This document shows positions 19,998 through 28,581 of a stretch of DNA of 64,000 bases, piece after piece. The stretch's first letter is position 1; each line of letters opens with the position of its first letter. The stretch spans positions 124,001 through 188,000 of IMG/VR virus record IMGVR_UViG_3300025098_000012; one strand, given 5' to 3'. The notes under the pieces are model-generated. The model saw only the letters and a list, made by a program, of their open reading frames with translations, searched no databases and was not told the origin of the DNA. The position numbers and the translations under genes are program-made.

Positions 19998-20584
19998 AAC
20001 TTAACTCCTATACAAACTGGTTCCCAAGATTTCTTAAGGGTAGTGCCATAGCCCATGTAAAGAGAAGCCTCTTTAGTCTGAGGTTCAAGATCAAAAGCTA
20101 CTCCGTCTATCTGATAGTCTTTAGGTCGGAGGCCATGCTCTAAAAATATTTTACTATATCCTACTTTCCCTCCCCTACGACTACCTTTAAGTTTTTTAAA
20201 TGTTTTTTTGTTAGAGTTTCCAAATAAGAGTGTTGCCTCTATGCCTTTTGCCATGTCGTAGTTCCCTGTCGGCATACCACTTGTGTAAACCCATGCCTCG
20301 ACTACGAGGTTTACGAACCCTACTTCAATCATAGCAGATGTTAAATGATGCAATGTTTTAGCACTTGAGAACGCTTTAAGGACACCATTAGATTTAAGGA
20401 CTCTATGAGCTTCGGTTAACCATCCACAATGCCATTCTCTTTGTTGCTTTCCCAACCCTAAATCATCCCAACCTTTTTCCAAATACCTTACACCATAAGG
20501 GGGATCACAGATAATAGCGTCTACGGAGTTATCCTCTAGGTCTTTAAGTCGTTGGGTGCAATCACCAATCTTTATTTCTATCAT
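19994..20584 (-). CDS. Split methyltransferase catalytic module N1
   Basis: First 31 aa identical to N2 including DPPYG; divergent middle; ends WEPVCIGVKL. Confidence 0.88.
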   Translation of the reverse strand: MIEIKIGDCTQRLKDLEDNSVDAIICDPPYGVRYLEKGWDDLGLGKQQREWHCGWLTEAHRVLKSNGVLKAFSSAKTLHHLTSAMIEVGFVNLVVEAWVYTSGMPTGNYDMAKGIEATLLFGNSNKKTFKKLKGSRRGGKVGYSKIFLEHGLRPKDYQIDGVAFDLEPQTKEASLYMGYGTTLKKSWEPVCIGVKL

Positions 20585-21960
20585 TTCTTACTCCTAACGA
20601 TATGACCCACAGAGCCTAAAGTCGTGGCTATTGATATGGATTTGTCTAATAACTCTATTAGTCTACCAACAGGGAAAGGTTCATAGAGTTCTTTTATATC
20701 CCATACGCTAGAGTCATTCTCAGCCTTACCTAAGTTATGACATACGACTTTAAAAGGTGCTTTCAATGCTCGATCAAGATATGGGTTTCCTGTGTCTATA
20801 TTATAAAGGGTAGGTATTGCACCTTTAACATAACCATTTGCCTTTGCGTCCATCATAGAAATCAAGGCTTTTTCGGCTAATCCCCTTCTCCATCTTGCTT
20901 CAGCTTCGGTTGTTCCGCCAACTCTTAATCGAACAAGAGTTCCATTTAAAGCGTTGGCTCTTTTTCTAAGTTGATCTTGTGTGTGTGGGAAAGGACTACT
21001 TTCCGCTTCCCTTAAAAGTTCGTCTACTCTATTTGCTGTTGTATCTACATGATCATCATAAGGATCAACAATCATTTCATTGTAGTTAAGGACTGTGTTA
21101 ATCGCAGACCCATAGAACTCTGGTGAAAACTTTTCGTACTTTTGATCTACAACGGTTGCCCCTGTAAACGAAGCAAAGTCATCTAGCCAACCCTTACCCC
21201 AAATCACTCTAGGTGCGTCACAAGCGTACACTTCAAGCGTTCCCTTATGATTGTTCATCTTGATTGCTTGAAGGGCTTTACCCCCAACCATAGGAGCGAT
21301 AATGACTAATGGTCTTCCTTCAAACGACCCCATATACTCCATAGCGTTGAGTACATGATCTATTTCAAATACGGGGCGACTGAATAGAGCAAACATCGGT
21401 CCTTTAAGATATGCTTCTTTGTCATGGTGTACTTTTAAAGAAGCGTGGAAAGACTCTGTTTCAACCACCTCGCACCCATTACCCTCCCATTTCTCAAGAG
21501 AGACATGAGAAGATAAAGACCCTGCGAGATAGATTGCTTCAGATATTTTATCTATGGACTCCTCATCAAGCTCACTTTGTAGACCTATTTCTTTTAGTAT
21601 CTCTTGGTTTGAGTCAAATCGAGGCACATCATCCACAGCTATATTGACTGCTCCTTTAACTCCGTCTGTAATCTTAGGGTGGACTTCACCATAATGACGA
21701 TGAAAAGACCTTAACAGAGAAATCGTGACAAACGCTCCGAGCTTGCACCCATCACCAGACCTACACAGTTCTAATAAGGAAGTCTGAATGATCCTAGCGT
21801 GGGGTTCGGGATGATAAGCGTTGATGATCGACTTAGCCGAGAGGTTATTCCAAACCTTGTTGTTACGAGAGAGCAGGACTGTCCCTCCATTACTCGCATG
21901 GCTCAAAACTAAAAGTGATGATAGTTCGTTTATCGTAGGTATAAATAGAGATAACGACAT
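20581..21960 (-). CDS. Divergent GroEL-like chaperonin
   Basis: GroEL-like segments (GGTVLL, SGDG, GRPLVIIA, VYACDAP, LRVGGTTEAE, KGAIPTL); GDGTTT replaced by GDGCKL. Confidence 0.75.
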   Translation of the reverse strand: MSLSLFIPTINELSSLLVLSHASNGGTVLLSRNNKVWNNLSAKSIINAYHPEPHARIIQTSLLELCRSGDGCKLGAFVTISLLRSFHRHYGEVHPKITDGVKGAVNIAVDDVPRFDSNQEILKEIGLQSELDEESIDKISEAIYLAGSLSSHVSLEKWEGNGCEVVETESFHASLKVHHDKEAYLKGPMFALFSRPVFEIDHVLNAMEYMGSFEGRPLVIIAPMVGGKALQAIKMNNHKGTLEVYACDAPRVIWGKGWLDDFASFTGATVVDQKYEKFSPEFYGSAINTVLNYNEMIVDPYDDHVDTTANRVDELLREAESSPFPHTQDQLRKRANALNGTLVRLRVGGTTEAEARWRRGLAEKALISMMDAKANGYVKGAIPTLYNIDTGNPYLDRALKAPFKVVCHNLGKAENDSSVWDIKELYEPFPVGRLIELLDKSISIATTLGSVGHIVRSKK

Positions 21961-21989
21961 GAATAATACTCACAGAGAAAGGTGAAACG

Positions 21990-22937
21990 ATGTCCTCTAT
22001 AGTTATACAAACAAGAGCTAACGCTTGCTCATATAATAAAAAAGCAAGCCGATCTGTTGGTTGGGGAGGTCAAATCCCTCAGCTTGCTATCGAAGCCTAC
22101 CCTAACCTATCCAAAAAAGTAGATTCGACAGACTTCGCTCTTGCTGTAGAAGCGTTCCAAGAAGACACTTTCGGTGCAGGGTCTGGCGTTGATGGGAAGA
22201 TGGGTCGTGGAACATGGTCTGCGATGTTAAAGAGGTTTGATCGCATTGAAGATGGTCAAGCATATTGGACAATCAATGATCGCAGAGTCGGTGTAGACAT
22301 CGACCCAGATGTTGAAATGGTCAACTTCGATCAGACAGGAGGACTCGACCTACACCGCTTTGGTCACTTCTCATCTCGTAGAGGGAAGAAGCCCACTATC
22401 ATTGTGGTGCATTGGGGTGGTCTTGATCCTCACCATTGTCATAGGATCTTCTCTAGCCCCGATAGACAAGTCAGTTCACACGCAGGTATTGGACTAAATA
22501 AAGAAGGTAATCCTGCTATCTATCAATACCTTGATCTTAACCACAAGTCATGGCATGGGGGATGGGCGAACTCATACTCTGTCGGGATTGACATCTGTCA
22601 GCAACCTTCACTTAAGTGGAAGAACCACTATATAAAGAAAGGTTATGATGTACATGAAACGACCAATGAGACAGGTCGTGGAGATAAGCGTATCATCTCT
22701 TTAGATCCATATGTTGCTCTTGCAGTGAGAGAAGCTGTTAAGAGTCTCTGTACAGCTTTGGACATCCCTTATCAGTTCCCTTGTGGATCAGACGGTCAGT
22801 CTTATGATGGTGATTTCTATCATGGGGTTGTTGATAAGAGTTATCTCACAAGCGACTTCACAGGAGTCATTGGACACCACCACATCACAGCTAAAAAATG
22901 GGATTGTGCTTGTTGGTGGGATACTCTTTTCGGATAA
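21990..22937 (+). CDS. Endolysin: peptidoglycan-binding region + Zn amidase (Amidase_2-like)
   Basis: VDGKMGRGTW PG-binding motif; VVHWGG, SSHAGIG, SVGIDIC, GHHHI...KWDC. Confidence 0.75.
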   Translation: MSSIVIQTRANACSYNKKASRSVGWGGQIPQLAIEAYPNLSKKVDSTDFALAVEAFQEDTFGAGSGVDGKMGRGTWSAMLKRFDRIEDGQAYWTINDRRVGVDIDPDVEMVNFDQTGGLDLHRFGHFSSRRGKKPTIIVVHWGGLDPHHCHRIFSSPDRQVSSHAGIGLNKEGNPAIYQYLDLNHKSWHGGWANSYSVGIDICQQPSLKWKNHYIKKGYDVHETTNETGRGDKRIISLDPYVALAVREAVKSLCTALDIPYQFPCGSDGQSYDGDFYHGVVDKSYLTSDFTGVIGHHHITAKKWDCACWWDTLFG

Positions 22938-22940
22938 GAA

Positions 22941-23255
22941 ATGATCTTGCACTTGGTGTCTGATCTCAATCGAGCATTAGAAATCAAAGCTCGGTTAGGT
23001 TGTCCTCATATTCACTTTATTATTGAAGAGGATTGTGGGGCATTTACTACAAGCCTCGTCTGGATGGAAGTCCTCACGAGAGCGAGTGATCTCTGTCTTA
23101 AAGAGGGGTCATGCGTTGTTTCTCACAGCGACCTCTCAAGACATAAAGACACACTTAGCAATGAGGACATCAAGTTTTTACAAAAGATGCAAGCACAGTT
23201 AAATGATAAGATGGAAGGTATTGAGGTTGTAAAGCATGAAGTCATGGGCTTATGA
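22941..23255 (+). CDS. Hypothetical protein
   Basis: 104-aa ORF directly after the amidase. Confidence 0.5.
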   Translation: MILHLVSDLNRALEIKARLGCPHIHFIIEEDCGAFTTSLVWMEVLTRASDLCLKEGSCVVSHSDLSRHKDTLSNEDIKFLQKMQAQLNDKMEGIEVVKHEVMGL

Positions 23256-23667
23256 AGCGTATCAGATGTATATACAGGGCATAAGCTACCCTCTACTTGA
23301 AGAACACTTTGGTGTTAAGCAAAGTACGATCCGACACTACATCAAGAGATATGCTTATGAGAACAATCTCACCTACCCTCGACTTAAACCAGATTATAAA
23401 CTAGCTTTCAATCTATACTACAACACGATGAGTGTCGGAGACATTGCTCGATACTTGGGGGTATGTCGGTCTACGGTAAAAAATTACATTCGTAGGTATT
23501 CTGAAATGAATGGCATCTCTACGACCCAATCTTATAATAAAGGTCAAGTAGCGTACAATCTTCGACTGCAAGGTTATACCTACGGTAAGATTTCTAAAAT
23601 GCTCGGATATGAAAACAGATCGAACTGTTATCGGGCAATCAAAAACTACAAGGAAAAATTATGTTAG
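23236..23667 (+). CDS. Protein with three tandem HTH repeats
   Basis: AYQMY..GISY..LEEHFGVKQSTI / AFNLY..MSVGDIARYLGVCRSTV / AYNLR..GYTYGKISKMLG. Confidence 0.75.
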   Translation: MKSWAYEAYQMYIQGISYPLLEEHFGVKQSTIRHYIKRYAYENNLTYPRLKPDYKLAFNLYYNTMSVGDIARYLGVCRSTVKNYIRRYSEMNGISTTQSYNKGQVAYNLRLQGYTYGKISKMLGYENRSNCYRAIKNYKEKLC

Positions 23668-23770
23668 CCTTATTAATTTTCGCTGTCATTTGTTTGACAG
23701 CACATAGACTATTTACGACTAAGATAACTCCCGAAGAGATGAGTGAGATGTTGAATAGTGATGAATGGTA

Positions 23771-24202
23771 TTAGGCGATTTTTTTGCATTTATCATGGGC
23801 GACTTTCCAGTACCTGTTAGGAACTGAAACACCCACCTCTGACAAAAGATAGAAGCTGTTCCAAAAGTTTCGGGTGATAAAACCTTTCACTTTAAGTGTA
23901 GCTCCTTTTACCTCAACCTCAAACTCAACTTTTTGACCACATTCCCATCTAGGGAAGTGGTTCTCATATTCATTCCCTTCGACTGTGAACCTCCCCTCTA
24001 CATTTTGCGTTTCGGGTTGGTCAATGGCATTGGTGTAGGACGCAAAGACATCCTCGTCATTTAGACGAAAGTCATTTTTGACATTCCCTTCCTCATCTAC
24101 AACTTGAAAACTTTCGTTGTGGGTGAGGACATCAATGATCGTCATTGTTTTTAGCGTTGTTTTACCAACCAAAAATTGGTGTCCTACTCTGTATTCACTC
24201 AT
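23771..24202 (-). CDS. Hypothetical protein (class B motif upstream)
   Basis: 143-aa ORF with RBS. Confidence 0.55.
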   Translation of the reverse strand: MSEYRVGHQFLVGKTTLKTMTIIDVLTHNESFQVVDEEGNVKNDFRLNDEDVFASYTNAIDQPETQNVEGRFTVEGNEYENHFPRWECGQKVEFEVEVKGATLKVKGFITRNFWNSFYLLSEVGVSVPNRYWKVAHDKCKKIA

Positions 24203-24262
24203 GGTTTCCCCTTATATATATAGATTTGTTCTACTATTATATAAATAAGGGGTTATGATTAT

Positions 24263-24847
24263 CTACCAACGAGGATCTTTTCTGCGAAAGTTCCCACGAG
24301 GTTGATTTCGATTATCGTAATGAGGGTTGTAATGAGGATTATAGTGAGGGTTGTAGTGAGGGTTATAGTGTCGGGGTGGGTGCTGATTATAGTGTGGTTG
24401 GTTGTAGTGTTGAGGACGCTTCTCACGATACACATCCTTATCCCAACGCCTCCTTTGCTTTTGGATCACATGAGAAGGTACATTGTGTTCACACCTCTCA
24501 GAGAGCTGACGGTCAGATAAGCCTCCATCATAAAGATTGATGACCTGTACAAAGTAGTCATTCTTGTTCGCCAACTCCATGTAAGGATCACACTCCCACT
24601 TGCGAGTGAAAGTATTATGGACGACAATAGTCTGATAACTATCCTCCATAGCTTCAAGGCACTCTTTTTGACACCAAGAGTGAGCCTCTTTCAACGCTTC
24701 ATGGTTGAAGTTATAAACACCACTGTCATCAACGAAGAAATCGTCTGCTGACACCATGAACCGATCTTCCAACCCCACACAAATTGTCTCTGCGAGTGTT
24801 GTTTTCCCCGACCCACTTAACCCTCGTACCAAAATCAGTTGCTTCAC
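24263..24847 (-). CDS. AAA_33 P-loop kinase-like protein with HYNP-repeat tail
   Basis: RGLSGSGKTT, SADDFF, VHNTFT; GTG start with GGAG RBS. Confidence 0.85.
   Translation of the reverse strand: MKQLILVRGLSGSGKTTLAETICVGLEDRFMVSADDFFVDDSGVYNFNHEALKEAHSWCQKECLEAMEDSYQTIVVHNTFTRKWECDPYMELANKNDYFVQVINLYDGGLSDRQLSERCEHNVPSHVIQKQRRRWDKDVYREKRPQHYNQPHYNQHPPRHYNPHYNPHYNPHYNPHYDNRNQPRGNFRRKDPRW
24311..24415. repeat. 12-bp tandem repeats encoding (HYNP/HYNQP)n
   Basis: cactataaccct/cattacaaccct units on the minus strand. Confidence 0.85.
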
Positions 24848-24865
24848 TGTATTTCTCCAGTGCTG

Positions 24866-25036
24866 TTAAAGTTGAATCTCAATAACCCTTTTGGGTTCTC
24901 CCTGCTCATCTCTAGGTTTAGGTTTTAGCTCTGGCTCTGGAATTGGAAGCCAAAGTCTACGACCCTCCTCCTCAAGTTCTCTCTGTCTTTGCTGTTCCTT
25001 GAGGCTTTCGATCACGAGAAGGTCTATATCAATCAT
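24866..25036 (-). CDS. 56-aa charged small protein (MIDIDLLVIE...LWLPIPEP...RVIEIQL), absent from ORF track
   Basis: Translated manually; AAGGAG RBS. Confidence 0.6.
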   Translation of the reverse strand: MIDIDLLVIESLKEQQRQRELEEEGRRLWLPIPEPELKPKPRDEQGEPKRVIEIQL

Positions 25037-25138
25037 ACCACGCTCCTTTCAATACCATTCCTAAAATAAATTGTAAACACAAGTCGGGGTAGACCCCAAA
25101 CTCTTTTATCTTCAACACCCATTTCTCGCTTCAATCGA

Positions 25139-25582
25139 CTATTTTTCAGTAGAACTTTCAGCTACCCACTTATCCATTCCTGTTAAAGAAGCGACACGAT
25201 TCATGGTGTCTTGACCTAAGTTTTGAGCGTCTAGCTTGGGCTTGATCTTGAGCTGTGGTACAGGATTAGTCTTGCTGTAGTCATCGACAAGGCTTGAAGG
25301 GATGTCTCCCTTTAAGACGGCATTGGCGAACTTCTTACGATCTACCTTGACCACAACCTCACCGATTGTGTTTGGGTCGATACCAAGCTGATTAAGCTCG
25401 GCTAGTAAGCCAGCTTCATCATAGCTTGTACGAGATGCGTCCACATGGTTCACATCACCAAGTGGTGTCTCGATCTTTTCCCCGACAGGGATATGCTGAC
25501 GCAGAGCTTTGATCTCTGCATCAAGAGCATCTTTGAGAGCTTTGATACGACACAGGTTTTCAGCGATTTGTTGCTTATTCAT
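25139..25582 (-). CDS. Hypothetical coiled-coil protein, Gam/gp157-like pattern
   Basis: N-terminal coiled coil, KVDRKK motif; likely start MNKQQ. Confidence 0.45.
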   Translation of the reverse strand: MNKQQIAENLCRIKALKDALDAEIKALRQHIPVGEKIETPLGDVNHVDASRTSYDEAGLLAELNQLGIDPNTIGEVVVKVDRKKFANAVLKGDIPSSLVDDYSKTNPVPQLKIKPKLDAQNLGQDTMNRVASLTGMDKWVAESSTEK

Positions 25583-25839
25583 TCTTCTTCTCCTAGTAGT
25601 GAGCTGAATAGCTCTTTCATGTAAGTGGTTGTCTGTTCTATGGACTCTGAGTCCGTTAAAATGACTCTCCAAGCGTCTTTAAAGTCGAGGTGCTTATCTT
25701 CTTCAACGATGAGGTTCATGTCCTCAAATAAATCTAGGAAAGCTAGAGCTTCTTCTCTACTTTCGACCTTAGACAAAGCGTCTAAGAGCGTTTCAGTCTC
25801 TTGGGTAGTGTTGGTGATTAGTTTGTATATGTGCTTCAT
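25579..25839 (-). CDS. Small acidic hypothetical protein
   Basis: 86 aa, AGGAG RBS. Confidence 0.55.
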   Translation of the reverse strand: MKHIYKLITNTTQETETLLDALSKVESREEALAFLDLFEDMNLIVEEDKHLDFKDAWRVILTDSESIEQTTTYMKELFSSLLGEEE

Positions 25840-25863
25840 TTGATCTCCTTATGCCTTATATGA

Positions 25864-26793
25864 TTACCCTACCTCACGCATACAGACTTGCTCGTCTGTC
25901 TCGTCTTGGATTTCGGTTTGGGTCATCAGTTCCATGATGTCCTCAAGACTTACAACACCATCTGTTCCTCCAAAGTCATCGACCATGACAGCAAGGTGAG
26001 ACTTGCTCGTGGTGAACTGCTTGAACATTTCCTCACAGGTGGTTGATGACTCAACCTTGAGGACAGTACGAGTAAGCTCTTGGACAGTCGGGTTCTCATC
26101 CTTAGCGAGTGCTTGGAAAGCGTCTTTAAGGAGCATGATCCCTTGTACATCATCTCGGCTCTTGCCTAGTACGACAAGTCGTGAGTGCTGACTCTCAAAG
26201 AGAGCTGGCTTGATGTCCTCAAGACTCTCATCTGCTCGGACAGTGGTCATGTTCACACGAGGTGTACCAACCTGCTCAACAGTCGTGAGTGAAAGGTTGT
26301 ATGTACCCTCGTAGATACGCTCTACGATTGCACTAGGCTCTGCACTCTTAAAACGAGCTGTGAGCTTTCCGATGATCCAGTTGATAGGAGTGAGTACCCA
26401 TGAGAGCAAAACCATCACAGGAGCGAATATACGCCCTACAAAGAGAGGGTTATTCGTACCATACGCTTTCGGGATGATCTCTGAGCAGATTATGATAGTG
26501 AAAGTGAGGATACCCATCACCAAACCAACATACTCAGACCCAAGCCACAGACCTGCGTTAGTACCGACAACACCACTACCCATGATGTTGGCGATGTTAT
26601 TACAGATGGTATTAGTCGAGATAAAGGACTCTTTGTCGCTCATCACCTTAGATAAAGCACAAGCTCCGAAGATCTTGTTCTTACAGGCACTCTTGACCTC
26701 AGCCTTAGAGAGCGAAGCGACAGCCATTTCCCACGCACTGTGGATGGCTGAAGCGATGATGGTGATGATGAAAGCAGTAAGGGTGCTGACCAT
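25864..26793 (-). CDS. CNNM (DUF21) + CBS-pair membrane protein, HlyC/CorC family
   Basis: SAWEMAVASL, SEIIPKAYG, HSRLVV, VDDFGGTDGVVSLEDIME. Confidence 0.9.
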   Translation of the reverse strand: MVSTLTAFIITIIASAIHSAWEMAVASLSKAEVKSACKNKIFGACALSKVMSDKESFISTNTICNNIANIMGSGVVGTNAGLWLGSEYVGLVMGILTFTIIICSEIIPKAYGTNNPLFVGRIFAPVMVLLSWVLTPINWIIGKLTARFKSAEPSAIVERIYEGTYNLSLTTVEQVGTPRVNMTTVRADESLEDIKPALFESQHSRLVVLGKSRDDVQGIMLLKDAFQALAKDENPTVQELTRTVLKVESSTTCEEMFKQFTTSKSHLAVMVDDFGGTDGVVSLEDIMELMTQTEIQDETDEQVCMREVG

Positions 26794-26910
26794 GTTTAGT
26801 TCTCCGTTTGGGAGTTGGGGTTTTCGTTTCTCACACAATGGGATAGATAAGGGGTTACGACCCACACCCGACAATACCTAAGCTCCTGTAAAGTAAAGCG
26901 AAGTCTGACT

Positions 26911-26936
26911 TGTAACCCCTTATCTATAGAGTAGTG
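26911..26936 (+). promoter_or_regulatory. Class B motif GTAACCCCTTATCTATA followed by a -10-like hexamer; representative copy
   Basis: Copies at about 15419-, 24239-, 26842-, 26911+, 41512-, 53959+, 54306+, all sense-oriented before accessory genes. Confidence 0.7.
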
Positions 26937-26985
26937 TCGAGGTTGACAATGACCTCATCTAATCACTTCCGAACGGAGACAAAAC

Positions 26986-27276
26986 ATGAATGTAATCATC
27001 ACACAAGAAGAGATGGAGATCATCGCTTACGAGGTTGCCAAGCAAGAGCGTAAGGATCAGTGCCTTGCACAGAGCTTCAGAGGCATGAGCGATGAGGAGA
27101 TCGCTGAGTGTCTTCGCCTTGAAGAAGAACGATATGAGGCCGAACTTGCAGAGGATCGAGCTGAAGACGCTTGGCAAGCGTGGAATGGAAACCCTCTCTA
27201 TATCTCTCGTGAGGAGCTTAGACTCCATGAGATAGCACTCGACCATGAGTCGATTGAGATGAGCCTCATGGGGTAA
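26986..27276 (+). CDS. Acidic helical hypothetical protein
   Basis: 96 aa with class B motif and RBS. Confidence 0.6.
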   Translation: MNVIITQEEMEIIAYEVAKQERKDQCLAQSFRGMSDEEIAECLRLEEERYEAELAEDRAEDAWQAWNGNPLYISREELRLHEIALDHESIEMSLMG

Positions 27277-27329
27277 ACCTAAACCATAGGAGAAACAAAG
27301 AGACTCACTCACTAAAGGAGAAACATCAC

Positions 27330-27575
27330 ATGGGAATCGACCCTATCACGCAATGCAATCTTTCACCCACCTTCACCTTGCGACTTGAGCATAAGGACGG
27401 ACACTATAAGTTTTGGGAGGCTACAGGTCGCCCAAATGGAGATGTAATCATCCGTTATGGACGCATAGGGGATTGGGGTACAGCAATCACAAAAGATCGG
27501 GCTTACTTTGAGAAGAAAGCCCCCACAAAAATCGCCAAAGGCTACAAAGTAGAGAGGATGGAACTATCATGCTAA
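27330..27575 (+). CDS. Stand-alone WGR domain protein
   Basis: HYKFWE...VIIRYGRIG...KIAKGYK. Confidence 0.8.
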   Translation: MGIDPITQCNLSPTFTLRLEHKDGHYKFWEATGRPNGDVIIRYGRIGDWGTAITKDRAYFEKKAPTKIAKGYKVERMELSC

Positions 27576-28357
27576 ACTCAATCAAAACATCAGATAACAT
27601 CTTAATCGTAACGGGTGCAGGTATCAGTACCTCATCGGGCATCCAAGCATGGCGAACAGGTGATGACGCTGTGTGGGCAAATGATGTGCTTGAGAAAGGC
27701 ACACAACGCTACTTCAACCGTAATCCTGCAAAAGCGTGGGAGTGGTATCTCGACAAGTTTAAGGGTGTCTTTGCCCTTGAGCCTAATGACGCTCATAAAG
27801 CTCTCGTGGAGCTTGAAACATGGTGCGAGTCAGAGGGTAAGACCTTTGACATCATCACACAGAATGTGGATCACCTTCACAACAAGGCAGGCTCACAGAA
27901 TGTCATCGAAATACATGGTACAACCAACGCTGTGCGTTGCCCTAATCATGGGTGTGATCATGGAGAGCCGAGAGGTTCAATCCCGATGAGCGAGGTATGG
28001 GCTGACTATAAGAAGTTTGAACAGACCAAAAAACCGAAAGACTTACCTTGTTGCCCTAAATGCGAGATCCCTTTAAGGGCACACGCTCTATGGTTCGATG
28101 AGTTTTATGGAGGTCACGAGGACTATCGCTTAGATGACGCTATGGGAGCAATCGAAGAAGCAGATCTAGTGGTCTTTATCGGCACTAGCTTCTCTGTAGG
28201 GATCACGAACATGGTGGTTCAAGCTGGTAGACAGATGAGGAAACCGATGTATATCATCGACCCTAGTCCTACCCAAGAGTCCAAGAGCTTCAAATACATC
28301 ACTGAGAAGGCAGAGGACTACCTGCCAAACTTAGTGCAACAACTGACTAAGAGGTAA
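27569..28357 (+). CDS. Sirtuin (Sir2/CobB-like NAD-dependent deacylase)
   Basis: TGAGISTSSGI, ITQNVDHLH, EIHG, CPNHGC/CPKC Zn sites, IGTSFSV. Confidence 0.93.
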   Translation: MLNSIKTSDNILIVTGAGISTSSGIQAWRTGDDAVWANDVLEKGTQRYFNRNPAKAWEWYLDKFKGVFALEPNDAHKALVELETWCESEGKTFDIITQNVDHLHNKAGSQNVIEIHGTTNAVRCPNHGCDHGEPRGSIPMSEVWADYKKFEQTKKPKDLPCCPKCEIPLRAHALWFDEFYGGHEDYRLDDAMGAIEEADLVVFIGTSFSVGITNMVVQAGRQMRKPMYIIDPSPTQESKSFKYITEKAEDYLPNLVQQLTKR

Positions 28358-28362
28358 GAGGT

Positions 28363-28581
28363 ATGGCTATTGACGCTGTAACACAATGTAATCTATCACC
28401 CTCATTCACTCTTCGCCTTGAGCATAAAGACCCTAGAGGCAGGTAAGGTTCTCATACGCTCTGGTAGTCTTGGCACTACCTATCTGAAAGAGGTCATAGA
28501 GCGTACTTTGAGAGAAATGCTCCCCAAAAGATCGCTAAGGGTTATGTCGTAAAGAGGCTAGTCATAGGATCTGACGGATGA
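28363..28581 (+). pseudogene. Frameshifted second WGR paralog
   Basis: MAIDAVTQCNLSPSFTLRLEHKD matches the WGR gene start; KVLIRSGSLG and RAYFERNAPQKIAKGY continue in other frames. Confidence 0.8.

Noticed and set aside
16696-20584. Split methyltransferase as a sequencing artefact or stop-codon recoding
   Set aside because: Each module has its own SD and conserved Met start, the modules are repeated paralogs, and most junctions change frame. TAA, TAG and TGA all act as stops elsewhere in the window.
24311-24415. CRISPR array
   Set aside because: Contiguous 12-bp coding repeats with no spacers; the same applies to 47110-47205. No cas genes in the window.
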